A stretch of DNA of 61,648 nucleotides, counting the filler, from Stramenopiles sp. TOSAG23-3 (taxonomy: Eukaryota), in NCBI GenBank assembly GCA_900128585.1. It is 10 parts of 10 records of this genome, joined end to end, with 100 filler letters (N's around TTAATTAATTAA, not from the genome) between each part and the next. Parts side by side here need not be neighbours in the genome. Positions count along the whole stretch, not along the records: positions 55,617 to 61,648 come from LT643391.1; 9 more parts are not named here. One strand, 5' to 3'. A program made the translations under genes and the position numbers. The notes below the pieces were generated by a model. That model saw only the letters and a list, made by a program, of their open reading frames with translations. It was not told the DNA's origin and searched no databases. This document shows positions 61,174-61,648 of the stretch, one piece after another (position 1 is the stretch's first letter; each line of letters opens with the position of its first letter).

Positions 61174-61648
61174 GTTAATGTAGGGTTGTAGGATGTAGGG
61201 TCTGAAATTGGATATAGCTAAAAAAATAAAAAAAAAACTTGCTTTCTTGCGTCCACAAAAAGCAAGTATTTATTTGTAAATTTCCTATAGATATAGACCC
61301 CCCCTATCCTACATCCCTACACAGGGGAGAACCAACCGTAGAGGGGGGAGACAACCGTAGAGGGGAACGCAAAAAACAAGTTTTTTTTTTACTTTTTTAG
61401 CCACATCCCCAAAACAGACCCTACATCCTACAACCCTACATAACGCAAAAAACAAGTTTTTTTTTTATATTTTTTGCCATATCCCCAAAACAGACCCTAC
61501 ATCCTACATCCCTACATAACGCAAAAAACAAGTTTTTTTTTTACTTTTTTTGCCATATCCCCAAAACAGACCCTACATCCTACATCCCTACATAACGCAA
61601 AAAACAAGTTTTTTTTTTATATTTTTTGCCACATCCCCCAAAAAAACC
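61174..61648. repeat. 76-bp tandem repeat array (about 3.7 copies) with one inverted and one degenerate copy; candidate terminal repeat or replication origin
   Basis: Units start at 61366, 61442, 61518 and 61594 (AACGCAAAAAACAAGT10...GCCA.ATCCCCAAAACAGACCCTACATCCTACA.CCCTACAT); inverted diverged copy at 61174-61252; degenerate copy at about 61256-61322; CAACCGTAGAGGGG twice at 61333-61365. Confidence 0.9.

Larger units (their letters stand above)
55617..61648. mobile_element. Fragment of a Polinton-like virus / virophage-like integrating dsDNA element
   Basis: Whole contig is gene-dense and intronless with very short spacers and a 23-bp convergent overlap; rve integrase plus TVpol-SF3 helicase plus ORFans; repeat array at the right end; more AT-rich coding sequence than most host ORFs. 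No capsid or packaging ATPase gene lies within the contig. Confidence 0.8.

Noticed and set aside
61366-61648. Right-end array as a true telomere
   Set aside because: CCCTACA occurs only as three imperfect copies within a 76-bp unit, and the C-rich strand runs toward the 3' end, opposite to a right-hand telomere.
1-61648. tRNA or rRNA genes
   Set aside because: No cloverleaf or rRNA-like conserved segments recognised by eye; tRNAscan-SE and Infernal would be needed to exclude them.

Overview
The window is not one locus. It is ten unlinked contigs of about 6.0-6.1 kb, sorted by decreasing length and joined by an artificial 100-bp linker (44 N + TTAATTAATTAA + 44 N). Contigs 1-9 (1-55516) come from a compact, apparently intron-poor eukaryotic genome with GC-rich ORFs and AT-rich, microsatellite-laden spacers. 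PACRG, LRRC71-like and CEP164-type WW genes point to a flagellated protist (inference). Recognisable genes include an aldo/keto reductase, a macro-domain protein, COQ6, TAF7, PACRG, SPFH proteins, MANF/ARMET, an Ariadne E3, a CRAL-TRIO protein, a flavin amine oxidase, a MINDY-type DUB, TMEM94, COX14-like and a cyclophilin, plus several orphan secreted proteins. Contig 10 (55617-61648) is different: a gene-dense fragment resembling a Polinton-like virus or virophage. It encodes a Polinton-type rve integrase with unusual DD(50)E spacing, a PolA-like (TVpol) primase-polymerase fused to an SF3 helicase, and two small ORFans, and it ends in a 76-bp tandem/inverted repeat array. The most unexpected signal is inside the primase-helicase gene: two clusters of 27/30-bp, frame-preserving, GTAC-bounded double-hairpin modules with compensatory base changes and both orientations, suggesting a tiny structure-defined mobile element. 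All family calls come from motif recognition by eye; no database searches were run.
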